Source of the DNA: Octopus sinensis
Lineage: Eukaryota
NCBI RefSeq assembly: GCF_006345805.1
Contig: NC_042998.1
Location: 206,894,001 to 206,958,000 of the forward strand
Direction: 5' to 3'
DNA: 64,000 nucleotides
A program made the translations under genes and the position numbers. This document shows, one piece after another, positions 25,169 to 39,450 of the stretch; the first letter of the stretch is position 1; each line of letters starts with the position of its first letter. The notes beneath the pieces are model-generated. The model saw only the letters and a list, made by a program, of their open reading frames with translations. It made no database searches and was not told the origin of the DNA.

Positions 25169-25360
25169 TAAAATGAGGTGGGGGAGGGAAGAGATGGGGG
25201 GGTTAGAGATATATAATAGAGAGGTAGATATTGGGATAAAGATAGATAGAGCTTAGGAGAAAGAGAGTAATGGAGAGAGTGAAAGAGAAAGGACCAGAAG
25301 GAGAAAGAAGAAACACTGTTGTGTGAACACACACATTCACACAGATATATATATGTATAT

Positions 25361-25665
25361 GGAGGCGCAATGGCCCAGTGGTTAGGGCAGCGGACTCGCG
25401 GTCGTAGGATCGCGGTTTCGATTCCCAGACCGGGCGTTGTGAGTGTTTATTGAGCGAAACACCTAAAAGCTCCACGAGGCTCCGGCAGGGGGTGGTGATC
25501 CCTGCTGTACTCTTTCACCACTCTTTCTCTCACTCTTTCGTCTATTGGCCTGCTCGCTTAGCCAGCGGGGTGGCGTCATTCGAAGGCTAAAACAATGCAA
25601 AGCGCATTGTGACCAGCGATGTGTAACAACATCTGATGGTCTGGTCAATCACGTGATCACGTGAT
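25361..25665 (+). mobile_element. CpG-rich (young) tRNA-derived SINE, family S3
   Basis: A-box-like tggcccagtggttagg, B-box ggtttcgattccc, ends in cacgtgatcacgtgata. Confidence 0.75.
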
Positions 25666-25694
25666 ATATATATGAATACTTGTGAATGGGTGTT

Positions 25695-25736
<42 letters not shown>

Positions 25737-25738
25737 TA

Positions 25739-26540
25739 CAAGGTGTGGGGAATAAACTGTCATCTAAATTATGCAAAAATGAGAATAACTCTGACATCTC
25801 ATTTTAACAGATATATTTACCAAAATTACATAAAAATATCTTGAAATACTAAAGAATAAATTTATTCAATAAAATCACCATTGGCTTCAACCACGGCCTC
25901 CAGACAACTTTGGAATCTCCTGCAACTCTTCTGGATGGTCTCTTTGTTTAAGTTAGTCAATGCTGCCATAATCCTTGCCTTCTCTTCATCTTTGGTGTTA
26001 CAAGTTGTTGGTTTCTCGTTCAACCGTGCCCCACACATAATAATCAAGGAGGTTGAAGTCTGAGGAGTTATGTGGTCAGATGTTAGGGGTAATGTGGTCA
26101 CAGAAATTGTCTGACAGCCATGACTGGGTTCTCCTGTTTGCGTGACATGGTGCAGAGTCCTGTTGCCAGACATAGGGTCTTTCAGAAGCCACCCTCTTGA
26201 CCTAGGGCAGCACTACTTCCTCTAGGCATTTGTTGTAGGTCTCCGTGTTGAGTGTGGGGCCGTGTTGGAAGATGGATGGAGGCATAATGTCACCATCTCT
26301 AGTGACCACTCCAAACATCATGATGCTGACTGGATGTTTGATTTTGATCACTCTCGGTACGTGTCCTCAGATTGCACTGTCCCCAGATTAACACCCAAAC
26401 ACTATTGGAACTTCTGGTGCGAATGCCAAGCAGAACAGCATGTCATTTCCAAATTTCTGGCCGAGTGAATTGTGTCATGGTGCTGTTTTTCTCACAGACA
26501 GTGCCCAATTGACCCTACTATACTGTGTAGTCAACAAATT
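25739..26540 (-). mobile_element. Second, more degenerate maT copy (one TIR retained)
   Basis: Reverse-complement homology to 20546-21397; ...RRFQSCLEAVVEANGDFIE*. Confidence 0.8.
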
Positions 26541-27194
26541 TGTGTGTGTGTGAAATTTATTCCAGAAATGTATTTTTCATGGAACAGTGAATGTGGTGAA
26601 CAGGTCACAGTTAATGGTGTTGAGAATTTTGATAGCAAATAATGTCTAATTTAAGAGTTTCTGTTTCTGAATGGCTAAAATGTATCTTCCATGTAGATTA
26701 TACTTTCTTATATTTAAAGTTATTTCCATTCCTCTGATCCATGCCATGTTCTGCATAAAATAGATATTGTTTAATTAATGATGAAACATCAAAGCATAAA
26801 TATGCAAATGAACCTGCACACTATGGTGTTAGCTTAATCTTAGGCTGCTTTGTATAGAAACTGAATATTCTATGCTATTGATTGAGGAAGGAAGCCTGGT
26901 GAAGTGATCAATTAATCATGAAATGGTCGATCAGACGCCCCCCCCCACACCCTTTTTTTCACTCATAAAAATCAAAGAAAGAATTTACATTCTTATAAAT
27001 TCTTTCACAGCTAGGCTTTCTTATGTCCAAAGAGTCCACACCTTTACCTTTTGTCTTTTACTTGTTTCAGTCATTGCACTGTGGCCATGCTGGGGCACCA
27101 CCTTGAAGGAATTTAATTGACCCCAGTACATACTGTCTTTTAAGTCTGGTACTTCTTCAAATGGACAGTCTCTTTTGCTGAACCACTATCATCA

Positions 27195-27385
27195 TCATCA
27201 TTGTTCAATCATGGTTGAGACAATGGAATTTACTATATTACGCCAGACTTCAAGGTCCATCATAGCATTACGGAGGTCCTGTTGCTGGATGCCTGTATCC
27301 CTGGAGATTACATCAGGGTAGGAGAGTGTGCGCCCTCTGGTATCGCGAGCAGATGGCTTCCAGAGGAGAAGAGTAGAAATTACTA
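27195..27385 (-). mobile_element. RTE-X-like LINE 3' end
   Basis: LLLWKPSARDTRGRTLSYPDVISRDTGIQQQDLRNAMMDLEVWRNIVNSIVST, then an (ATG)n tail. Confidence 0.55.
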
Positions 27386-29149
27386 AGTTATGGGATGTAA
27401 ACACACCAGCACTAGTTGTCCAGTGGTGGTGAGGGAATACACAGACACAAAGAACCACACACTCACAGATATCATCATCATCATCATCAACATCATCGAT
27501 TAATGTCCACTTTCCATGCTGGCATGGGTTGGACGGTTTGACTAAGGACTAGCAAGTCAGGTTCCAATCTGATCTGGCAAGGTTCCAACAGCTGGATGCC
27601 TTTCCTAATGCCAACCACTCCGAGAATGTAGTGGGTGCTTTTTACATGCTACCTGCATGGGAGCCAGTCAGATGGCACTGGCATCAACCATGTTCAGATG
27701 GTGCTTTTTACATGCCACTGGCATGGGAGCCAGTCAGGCGGCACTGGCATCAACCACTTGGCACTGGCATCATATCTCTATATATACAACGAGCTTCTTT
27801 CTGTTTCTGTCTACAAATCCACTCACAAGCCTTTGGTCATCTCGAAGACTATAGTAGAAGACACTGCAGTGGTGGGACTGAACCCAGGACCATGTGGTTG
27901 GGAAGCAAACTTCTTACTACACAGCCACAAAAAATTCTTTCATCCATGAAAACAGACAGAAAGAAACAACACGAGGAATTTAAAACATAATCGGTTGCAA
28001 TTTGAAAAAGAAACTAAAAGAAAATTCCAAGATTCCTGATGTGAAACTGTGTTGAAACGGTTATGGTTGTATTTCAGGATGGCGCTAAGGATAGACATCT
28101 TAGAAGAACAGAACGGAGTAAGAAGAGCAAGAACACACATGAAAATGAAAAGTGTCACTGAAGAGGTCACAGATGTGTGACGAAAGATTTCCGGGCAATT
28201 CACATGAGTTAGAATAAGAACAGTAGTAAACGAGTGAAGAAAATATATATATAGTATACGTGTTTATTTGGCAAAAAGAAAAAAAGATGACCATCTCAAA
28301 GCTAAAAGAAATTTGTTGAAAATTATAAAAACAATAACAAAATTACTAGCAATAATAAGTAAGTGATCTTTTGCTTGCATTGCAAGTCAAAGTGATGTAT
28401 TAGACATGAGTTACCTCCAGATAAGTGGAAAAGTGTGGAAAAGGCATTTTAAAAATACTCATTCCTGAACATTTTGTCTATGAAAGAGCAATGTAACATG
28501 CCTTCATTTTGTAAAGATCAGAGTGAGTTTCCAAATGGCCCCTGGAAAAGGAGCTGAAGGGAGCTTTGGTCATTACTTGGTAAGATGTATTCCCTCTTGA
28601 CCTGAGCAGGGTTTATTAAAAAATGTGTTGAGCGGGGTTTTTGTCTTGCAAGGCACTTCGTGACCCTGTTGGTGCTGGTGCTATGTAGAAAGCACCCACA
28701 CACTCTGTAAAGCGTTTGGCATTAGGAGAGGCATCCAGGTTCCATTGTCAACTGACAATGGAACCTGGTGAGACACCTGGCTTACCATCTCTGGTCAAGC
28801 TGTCCAACCCATGCCAGCAAGGAAGCGGATGTTAAATGACGATGATGACGCATATGTGATTAAAAACCGAAGATGAGGGGAGAAGGCCAGCAGGGATCCT
28901 GTGATCCCTTCAGGACAATAGAGTGGCATGGCACAGGGGCAGAGAAAATGCAAGAGTTTCTGCCCTAGATGTTGATGCTGGTGTGACCCCTTGGCTCTTT
29001 GACACCAGAGATGGTGAAGGGAAAAAGTACCCCACAATAACAAGTGGTCAGCTGGGAGAATATCAAGGTGGGTATGAATATGCTGAAGTAAGGATTTACC
29101 TGTCCAACCCTGACCCTCACTATGAGACAGCCTCTTCAATGGGAATAAG

Positions 29150-29460
29150 GAATTTGATGATGATCAGAATAATAATGAAGTTGATGACAACAATGATGAT
29201 GGTGATGGTGATGATGAAGCTGGTGATAACAATGAAGATGATGATGATGATGATGATGACGACGATGATGGTAGTGCTGCTGCTGCAGATGATGATGATG
29301 ACGACGACGATGATGATGGTAGTGATGATGATGATGATGATGATGATGATGACAACGATGGTAGTGATGATGATGATGACTGTGGTGGTGGGGATGAAGA
29401 TAACAATAATAATGATAACAGTGATGATGATGATGATGATGACGACGTCAACAACAACAC
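29150..29460. repeat. (GAT)n-based compound microsatellite
   Basis: Directly visible. Confidence 0.9.
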
Positions 29461-31859
29461 CCACAACGATGACATATAACGAACTGATTGTATAGAGTGC
29501 TCAGGTGCAAATGATGCTTAAAATGTGTTACGAAATTAAGGAAGGGCGATTCTACATTGATGTAGAGTTACCAAAACCCCTTTGGAGATGTAAGTCACTT
29601 TGTAACAGTCAAAATGGTGGATGTAGACACAAAAAAAACAACAAAAAAAAACAAAAAGAAAAAAACCCATCTCAAGTTCATTTCAGACAGCATTTACCAA
29701 AAAAAAGTGAAAGAAAAAAGAAAGAATCCACGTGTGTCTGGCAAGAATCGGATTCCTGATTCCAAGCACATACCACTGCTGCGTACAAGATGGTCGTGTG
29801 CCACTTAGGAAACTAATACTAAACACTTTTATTTGTATTGATTATCAATAGACAAATAAAGCACGTTCAGTCTTAAACACTAAATGCAACTTTCAATCAA
29901 ATTCGCTGCCAAATTCTTCCATTAAAGACCAAAAAGTACAAGAGATTTTTCTATTTTTTCTATCTTTTACTTGTTTCAGTCATTGAACGGTGGCCATGCT
30001 GGGGCACTGCCTTAGAGAATTATGTGTCGAAGGAATCAACACGAGGAATTATTTTTCTTAAAGTCTAGTTACCAGCCTACCCTGGCACCTGTGCCAGAGG
30101 CACCTAAAGGCACCATCCGTATGTGGCCGATGCCAGTGCCAGCTTGACTGGCTTCTGTGTCGGTGGCACATAAAAACCACCAACTGATTGTGGATATTTC
30201 CAGCCTCCCCTGGCACCTGTGCCGGTGGCACGTAAAAAGCACAATCCATATGTGGTCGATGCCAGCACCACCTTGACTGGCTTCCGTACTGGTGGCACAT
30301 AAAAAGCACCAACAGATTGTGGTGTGTTGCCGGCCTCCCCAGGCACCTGTGCCGGTGGCACGTAAAAAGCACCCACTACACTCTCGGAGTGGTTGGCGTT
30401 AGGAAGGGCATCCAGCTGTAGAAACACTGCCAGATCAGACTGGAGCCTGGTGCAGGCCCCTGGCTTCCCAGACCCCGTTCGAACCGTCCAACCCATGCTA
30501 GCATGGAAAACGGACGTTAAACGATGACGATGATGATGATGATGATTATGACGATGATGATGGTGCTTGTTCTATTGGTCTCTTTTACCAAACTATTTAG
30601 TTGTGGGAACATAAACACACCAACACCTGTTGTCAAGTGGTGGTGGTGGTGGTACACGCATACACATAGGTGATGGGCTTCTTTCAGTTTCCGTCTACCA
30701 GATCCACTTTTAAAGCTTTGGTCAGCCCAAGGCTATAGAAGAAGACTCTTGCCCAAGGTGCCACACAGTGAGATTGAACTCAGAATCATGTGTTTGGAGG
30801 GAAAACTTCTTACCACACAGCCATGCCAGCACCTTCTTACTTATAAATTCTTGTAATCTTTGACTGTTTTGATTCTGGTAATAAATGCAATAAGTATATT
30901 AATTAACTTAACGATGTGGTAATTAAATTGGTCGAGACAGTTGGCATATCTCATTTACAATGTCATTCTTCATAGTCTGGAACCAAAAGATATTTCTGCA
31001 GTTCTTTATTTTTCCCTCCCCACGATTCTGAAATTCCAAACTGGTGGATTTACTTGCAGAATTTTCGGTTATGAGTCCTGAGTTCAAATCCAGCTGAGGT
31101 CGACTTTGTGGAGTTTTTCTCTCATTTTCTTTTCTTTTATTCTTCTACTTGTTTCAGTCATTGAACTGCGGCCATGCTGGGGCACCACCTTGAAGAATTT
31201 TAGTTGAATGAATCAATCCCAATACTCATTTTTTTTTTAAAAGCCTGTTACTTATTCTACTTGTCTTATTTACTGAACGACCAAGCTACAGGGACATAAA
31301 TACACCAACAACGGTTGTGAAGCAGTGAGGTGGGGGTGTGTGTGGACAAACACTAACACACACACACACATACAGTGAGCTTGTTTCAGTTTCCATCTAC
31401 CAAATCCACTCACAAGGCTTTGGTCGGCCCGAGGCTATAGTAGAAGACACTTGCCCAAGGTGCCATGCAGTGGGACTGAACCTGGAACCATGTGGTTGGT
31501 AAACTAGCTACTTACCACACAGCCACTCCTTCAAGTAGAATTACTTTGGATTCAGCGAGTCGCATAATCACCCATTTCCATCTCTCCTAAATGTGTGGTC
31601 CCCTGTCTACATTAATAATCCTCGTCATCATCATCATCATCATCACCACCATCACCACCACTGCCACCGTCGTCGTCGTCGTCATCATCATCGTCATCAC
31701 CACCATCATTGTCATCATCATCACCACTATTACTAACACAGTGGACGAAATGGTTTTATTCTTCTATTCTTTTACTTGTTTCAGTCATTTGACTGCAGCC
31801 ATGCTGGAGCACTTCCTTTAGGCGAACAAATCGACCCCAAGACTTATTCTTTGTAAGTA

Positions 31860-32880
31860 GAACTTTTCCACGGATTCCAACATTTGCCAATTTTGAGGGT
31901 AGGATATTATGGTCAAGCCTGTCGAACGCTTTACTAAAGTCAAGATATATGATATCAGAGTTCGAACCTGTTCCCAAGGCTTTGAGTATATCTTCAATGT
32001 GGTGTAAGAGCTGTGTTAGACAGTCCCTGCCACAGCGAAAGCCATGCTGATTTGCATTTAGGAGTTTGTGGGTCTCCAGGAAGTCAGCTATCCTTGATCT
32101 TAACACTTTACTGATGTGGGAGGTGAGTGAGATTGGGCGATAGTTGACTGCGAGGGATCTGTTTCCCTGTTTGAAAACCGGGATGACTGACTGGGATAGG
32201 AGTTGTTTCGGTATATAACCTGAGTCTAACGAATTTCTCCAAAGGTTGGTCAGAGGGACTGCAAGTTGGTGTCTACATTCCTTCAGGAGACTAGTGGGGA
32301 ATTTATTAGGGCCTGCAGCAGAATAGTATTTGACCTCATTTATTGTTGCTATGATGTCAGAGGCAGTGAAGGTTATGTCTGAGATTTTATGTTGGGAGTC
32401 AACTTCGTTCGCTTCTCTTACGTCAATATCTGTGGGAACACTAAAGACAGAGCAGTATTGTTTCAGCAGTATTTCTGCCATTTCTTTAGCATCGTGTTGG
32501 GGAATCCCGTTATCATCAATCAATGGCCCAATGGGTGAGACAGTGGTTCTATGCTTATTTGTATAAGAATAGAACACTTTTGGGTTCTGTTTGATGTTTT
32601 TGATTACCCATTGTTCCTCCACAGCTCTTTGATTTTCAATGGAGGTTTTCATGTCGATCTGCAGATGAAGTTTTTCCAACTCCAGCCTTTTCATTGTTGT
32701 TGAATGTGGATGCTGTATGTGGGAATATTTTAATTGGTTGATTTTTTTATTGAGTCTTTTGATGCGCCTGATGAGTGTTTTTTTTCTTTTTAGGGAGCCG
32801 GTTTCTGTTTGTGTTAGTGGATTTCGTAGGAGCATGTTTTGAGCATGTATTGGTGACAATGCTCTCAAAGTGCTGCCATG
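31860..32880 (-). mobile_element. CR1-group LINE reverse-transcriptase N-terminal fragment
   Basis: ~340 codons open: NPKVFYSY...AAGPNKFP...NYRPISLTS...QHGFR...YLDFSKAFDRLDH. Truncated before the YADD motif. Confidence 0.9.
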
Positions 32881-33149
32881 CGGTCTCAATCATGCTGGTG
32901 GCATGTAAAAAGCACCAATCTGATTGTGGTCATTGCCAGCCTCGCCTGGCCCCTGTGCCGGTGGCACATAAAAAGCACCCACTACACTCACGGAGTGGTT
33001 GGCATTAGGAAGGGCATCCAGCTGTAGAAACACTGCCAGATCAGACTGGAGCCTGGTGCAGCCTTCTGGCTTCCCAGATCCCCTGTCGAACTGTCCAACC
33101 CATGCTAGCATGGAAAACGGACGTTAAACGATGATTATGATGATGATAT

Positions 33150-33530
33150 ATATGACTTCTGAGGACATGCATAAGTTTGCAAGGAATGAAGCCAGTAGGC
33201 TCTGCTGGATGTGTAATGTCAGTGTGCATACATGACAGAGTGTAAGTGCCTTGAGAGAAAAGTTGGACCTAAGAAGCATCAGATGTGGTGTACAAGAGAG
33301 ATGACTGTGCTGGTATGGTCATGTGTTGTGTATGGATGAGGACAGCTGTGTGAAGAAGTGCCACACTCTAGCGGTTGAGGGAACCTGTGGAAGAGGTAGA
33401 TCCAGGAAGACCAGGAATGAGGTGGTGAAGCACGGCCTTCTAACATTAGGCCTCACCAAGGCAATGACTAGTGACCGAGACCTTTGGAGATATACTGTGC
33501 TTGAGAAGACCCAACAAGCCAAGTGAGACC
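33150..33530 (+). mobile_element. RTE LINE C-terminal fragment
   Basis: CVKKCHTLAVEGTCGRGRSRKTRNEVVKHGL. Confidence 0.8.
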
Positions 33531-35464
33531 ATAACTGTGGCCTATGTCAGTGCAGCATAACCAGCCCATTTAAGAGTACCCTTCAATCGTTGGACAATAA
33601 ACTATGATTGCAAAGACATGTTGAGGCAAGTGAAATCGTTGCCGTGACTGATGAAAGCACCCATGCCAGTGGAATATTAAAATCACCATTCGAGTGAGAT
33701 CATTGCCATGGCTGCTGACTGGCTCCTGTGTTGGTGGCACGTGAAAAGCACCATTTGAGTGAGGTCGATACCAGCATCACTTGACTGGCTCGTGTGTCAG
33801 TGACACGTAGGAAACACCATTTGAGCATGGTTGTGGTCAGTGCCGCTGGACTGGCTACTGTGCAGGTGGCATGTAAAAAGCAACATTTGAGTGTGGCTGA
33901 TGCCAGTACCGCTTGACTGGTCCTTGTGCCCGTGGCACATAAAAGCACCCACTACACTCTCGGAGTGGTTGGCATTAGGAAGGGCATCCAGCTGTAGAAA
34001 CTCTACCAGATCAGACTGGAGCCTGGTGCTGCCTTCTGGCTTGCTAGTCATCTGTCAAACCGTCCAACCCATGCCAGCATGGAAAGTGAACGTTAAACGA
34101 TGACGACGACAATGATGATGATGATATATATACACACTCATGTATGTATATACATGTATTACATATGTATATATACATACATACACATATATATATAAAT
34201 ATATAAATATATATATATATACACACACACATACATATATACATATATATACGTGTGTGATGATGATGATGATAATGATGATGATGATGATGATGATGAT
34301 GATACATGTGTGTATGTGGGTGTGTGTGTGTGTATAATTACTTTAATTTCAATTTGCTTAAAGCTTTGATAATGAGTTAATACATTAATTTGATAACAAA
34401 TTGATTGATAAAAATTTTACGTTCTTTATATTTTTTTCTGCTTTTGTCTTGGTTGTTTTATCTAACGAGACTCTGGGTGTGTGGGTGTGCGAGGTAGGTG
34501 GGTGCATGGATACGTGTGTGCATGTGTGAGTCTGTGTATCTACGTGTGTGTCTGCCTGTTTTCATGTGACTGTGTGTGTACACGTGGGTACATGTGAGTG
34601 TGAATGCGTATCAGTGTGCTATTTTGTGTGCGAGTGTATCTCTGTATGGATGACTGTGTGTGTGTGTGTGTGTTTGTGTGTGTGTGTGCTTAATCAATGT
34701 GTGTGTATGTGTGTGCTGTTGCATACATGTGTGTGAGTATGTATGCATGTGTTTGTCTTTGTTTAAGTGAATGTGTTTGTCTTTGTGTGTGTGTGTGTGT
34801 GTGTTTTAAGAAACCTCTAGATACCAGATACACGAATGTCTTTCTATCCGTTGATATCAAAACCATTTACCAAAGAAATCTAAATGTAAGGAATCAAATT
34901 CTCAACATTTTGCTTGTCTTCCATTTTCTCCATCAACTTGGGTTTTATTGGTTTGCAAATCTATACACTCACAAGAATTCTTTAAACCCTTTTCTTCAGC
35001 AGTTGTAGAAACTATGGATCCTGGCACAGCCTCCTGTCCTTACCAGCTCCAGTCAAACTGTCCAACTCATACCAGCATGGAAAATGGACATTAAGTATGA
35101 ATATGAATATGATGATATATCATTACACACACATTTCTCTTCGCAAATACTTGTAGTGAATCTTGCATGCTTGAAGTGGATTTGATCCACCACAGTCAAA
35201 TTTAAACCAACACTGCAACAGAACTTTTCCCACAGTGGAACAATGGTTTTTCTCTGACAGCAGTTTTTACATTTTCCAGATGCCTTTAGCTAGGCTGAAA
35301 TAATGTCTTCACCACTTGACCCTTTCTAACCTCTTCTACTTCACCAAAAGCTAGAATAGAGATAACAAGACCACCAACTAAATCTATTGTTCTCAATGAT
35401 ATATCTATCCTTCTGGATCTTTATATAAGCGAGCACATCCCAAGGAAAAATCAGTCAGTCACAT

Positions 35465-35824
35465 TGTGACGACTCAACGAGGTCTGGCTGACCAGCCTCG
35501 GTCAGAGGGAGAAAGCAACTGTGAGACAACACCCAACACTTCTCTCTAGCTCTAATTCTGTTCTCTTATAACATCACTCTATCTCTCTCTCTGTAATTAC
35601 TACTAAACAATGAAGAGGACCCAAACTCAAACATTCTACTACATCTAACCTTCGCATGATTTCGGATTTATCACCTGTTCATTGAGGCAAGGTATTGTAA
35701 CGTAACGGTAAATAAATATTTCCTTAAAACTTCCTGCATTGTTCATCTTTCACATCCTACAACATGCAATTAATAACAACAACAAATTTTTATCATCACA
35801 ACTGCTGACCACAACAACATCACA
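35465..35824 (+). mobile_element. Probable solo LTR (360 bp)
   Basis: Starts TGTGA and ends TCACA; flanks acat/atat (4-bp TSD with one mismatch); AATAAA about 110 bp from the right end. Confidence 0.5.
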
Positions 35825-36099
35825 ATATTGTGTACCTAATCAAATCACTGCCATTACATACTCATCAGACACAGACAGTGCATCATTAGCCAGCTGGAGG
35901 AGATGCCTTCCCGGGGCTATAAGCAACAGTAGCATCGTCCTCTAGGGGACTTCCACATTTAGGCAGTAAATATACTTCTTATTCCTTTAGTTTTACATTA
36001 ACTTCCCCTTTAAGTATTGTCAGTCCTTCCTATCCTTCTTTCTTCCAATTATCACCCTTTCCCCATCAAGCGCTCCCTTTTTTACCACCGTAAGCCTTC

Positions 36100-38060
36100 C
36101 CCTTTGGTGTCAGACAAAGCTGGATATACCAGCAGAAGTAGGCGCTCTCTGCCTATTCTCATCCTAGCAACTACACTCTTGGAGAATCCACCTCTGCTAC
36201 TGATTTGATCACCTAGGTAACAGAAGCTATCAACTATTTCTAGTTTTCCCCCTGACATTTGATGGAGTTTATTTCCAGTACATTCTTAGTGTTAATTCTA
36301 CCTGTGCACCTTCCACACACAAAAACTATTTTCTCTGTTAACCTTCCTCTGATAATGCTGCACCTCTTATATGTCCATAGCTCACACCAGGTACACAGTT
36401 TCTACCCATGCCTTTTGTACAGATCAAGCAAGATTATCTACCTGATGGGATTTGTGATCTGCTTGCTCTCCTACTTACTAAGACTTTGATTTTTGCTAGA
36501 TCATCTCTAAGACCCTTTGATTCTACACCTTGCTTTCACGCCTGAGATCTCTTTTCTAGTTCTAGTAGTGATTCAGCTATAAGAACAAGGTTGTCAGCAT
36601 AGAGGAGCTCTCAGGGGCAGCCTGTCTTAAATTCATGTTATAGCCTGGAGAACTAGGATGAACAAGAAGGGGCTGAGAACTGATCTTTGGTGAACCCCTA
36701 CTTGTACCTTGAAATCCTTGCTATACTCATTGTTAACCTTCACCTTATTGACAGAATCCCTGTACATGGCTTGTACAACTCTCACCAACCACTCATCTAT
36801 CCCTAGCTCCTGCATTGGCCACCAGTTAAGGGAGTGGGGGACCCTGTCAAAGGCCTTCTCAATCTCAGCAAAAGCCAGATACAGGGGTTTATTGTTGGTT
36901 AGATATTTTTCCTGAAGTTGCCGAACCAGGAATATAGTATCAGTTGTGGTCCAGTCTGGTACAAATCCGAACTGCATGTCATCTACATTAACTGTCTCCC
37001 TAATTAATTGCGTTGTGACCCTTTCTGTAACTTCCATCACCTGGTCCTGCAGTTTGATGCCTCTGTGATTATTCCTGTCTTCAGGCATCACCTTTGCCTT
37101 TGTGGCACTTGACGATGATGCTGCTACAGCAATCGTTGGCTGTGACTCCTTCAAGGACAACCTGATTAACTATAAGGAAGTCTAGACTGTATCTTACTCC
37201 ACCAGATATTTTAAGCATCTCAGGGGAGATTCCGGATGGGCTGGGGGAGCTTTCCCTGTCTTCATGTCCTTAATTGCTTTATCTACTCAGCTACTGTCGA
37301 TTCAGATAGCTGCTCCCTCTGTTGGGTCAACATTTGGCAGACTCTCCTTCTCCCATTCATTTTCCACATTTAACAGCCTTTCATAATTATTTCTTTACTA
37401 CCCATAAGGGGCTAAACACAGAGGGGACAAACAAGGACAGATATCGACCCCAGGACGTAACTGGTACTTAATTTATCGACCCCGAAAGGATGAAAGGCAA
37501 AGTCGACCTCGGCGGAATTTGAACTCAGAACGTAACGGCAGACGAAATACGGCTACGCATTTCGCCCAGTGTGCTAACGTTTCTGCCAGCTCGCCGCCTT
37601 TCATAATGGTGTTTCCAAGCCCTCTTTCTTTGCAGAATCATTAAATGCAAGGGCACCATCATTCATGCGGACACATTTCTCTCCTATGACATCACGATTT
37701 TCTTTCACACTCTGTCTTGCAATCCAAACCACTTCCAGTCTCTCGTCCTCACGTCACAGAACATAGGCAAACTTCTTTTCTGCTTATACACACACAATGA
37801 AACCTTATGAATGCCTCTCATCATCACAAACATTGGTTTACGAACAATTTTTCAAATGTAAAACATCTCTGGTGACAAACACTGTCTTGAGTGACGAATG
37901 TGCAAAGCTGGCCAAGTGAGTTGTTGAGAAGCTGAGAGATGCTGTTTGGCTTTCTTCTTTCAGTGCAAATCCCTGCTTGAATTCGCTGTGCCTCCTCGAA
38001 TTTCGCACGGGAAGAAATAGTTTTGGCTTAGGAATGGCATTCAGGAATTAATTAAATTCG
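36100..38060 (-). mobile_element. Degenerate RTE LINE body (pre-RT and RT domains), interrupted by a SINE
   Basis: RENRDVIGEKCVRMNDGALAF...MQFGFVP...YLAFAEIEKAFDRVP...VHQRSVLSP...YADNL. Boundaries approximate. Confidence 0.85.
37388..37599 (-). mobile_element. S2 SINE nested in the RTE, 8-bp TSD TTCATAAT
   Basis: TTCATAAT at 37380-37387 and 37600-37607; the RTE sequence is continuous once the insert is removed. Confidence 0.85.
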
Positions 38061-39450
38061 TAAACTGAGGCTCAACATTATATATCTAACTACATGGGAA
38101 GCTTCTTACAGTTTCCATCAACTAAATACCGTTATGGCCGTTGCCAGCCTCGCCTGGCCCCCGTGCCAGTGGCACATAAAAAGCACTATCCGATCGTGGC
38201 CGTTTGCCAGACTCGTCTGGCACCTGTGCCGGTGGCATGTAAAAGCACCCACTACACTCATGGAGTGGTTGGTTAGGAAGGGCATCCAGCCGTAGAAACA
38301 CTGCCAGATCAGACTGGGCCTGGTGCAGCCTTCTGGCTTCCCAGACCCCAGTTGAACCGTCCAACCCATGCTAGCATGGAAAGCGGACACTAAACGATTA
38401 TGATGATGAAATACATTCACAAACCTTTGGTTGATCTGATGCTAGAGTAAAAAAATATTCGTCCAAGGTTCTGTGTGGTGGGATTGAACCCAAAAACATG
38501 TGATCGAGAAATGAACTTTTTAACTACACATGTACACTTGCTATTGTTTGCAAACTGCAATATAAATAAAAAAAAATAGATAAAACTTTATTTCCTTGTC
38601 TCGTGAGATGTGAAGAACAAAGCAGACATATTCAGGGCAAGGGAGATAATTCAGTCAGAACTAAACACCAATTTGGTAGAATGGTTCATGGCAGACAAAT
38701 ACTCTTTTACTTGTTTCAGTCATTTGACTGCGGCCATGCTGGAGCACCGCCTTTAGTCGAACAAATGGACTCCAGGACTTATTCTTTGTAAGCCTAGTAC
38801 TTATTCTATCGGTCTCTTTTGCCGAACCGTTAAGTTACGGGGACGTAAACACACCAGCATTGGTTGTCAAGCGATGTTGGGTGAACAGACACACAAGCAC
38901 ACACACACATGTATATATATACGACGGGCTTCTTTCAGTTTCCGCCTACAAAATCCACTCACAAGGCTTTGGTCGGCTCGAGGCTATAGTAGAAGACACT
39001 TGCCCAAGGTGCCACGCAGTGGGAATGAACGGGGAACCATGTGGTTGGTAAACAAGCTACTTACCACACAGCCACCCCTACGCCTATAGTTCAGAGCAGA
39101 TAAATGGTTCTCGACCATTTTTTCACGCTAGACCCCTTCGGTTCCTATTTAGCTCGGTTCGACCCACAAAACAATCTGATGTTTAAAAATCCCATCATAT
39201 TTTTAGACTATAATAGGAATTGCATGAAAACAAATTCTTAAAATATTTTGTGCTTTATTGGAGAAATATAACGAATTTATTCTTTTCTACTGTAAGCACA
39301 AGGCCCTAAATTTTGATGGCGGGGAGGGGGGGCAGTCAATTAGGTTGACCCCCAAGTACGCAGCTGGTACTTAATTTATTGACCAACAAAAGGATGAAAA
39401 GAAAATCGACTTCTGTGGAATTATGCATTTCACCTGGTGTGCTAACGTTT

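Noticed and set aside
28078-28180. Plus-strand mini-exon MALRIDILEEQNGVRRARTH...
   Set aside because: No recognisable protein and no supporting neighbouring exons.
31756-32889. 377-aa ORF as a host gene
   Set aside because: Truncated CR1-group reverse transcriptase without YADD, with both ends fused to other repeats.
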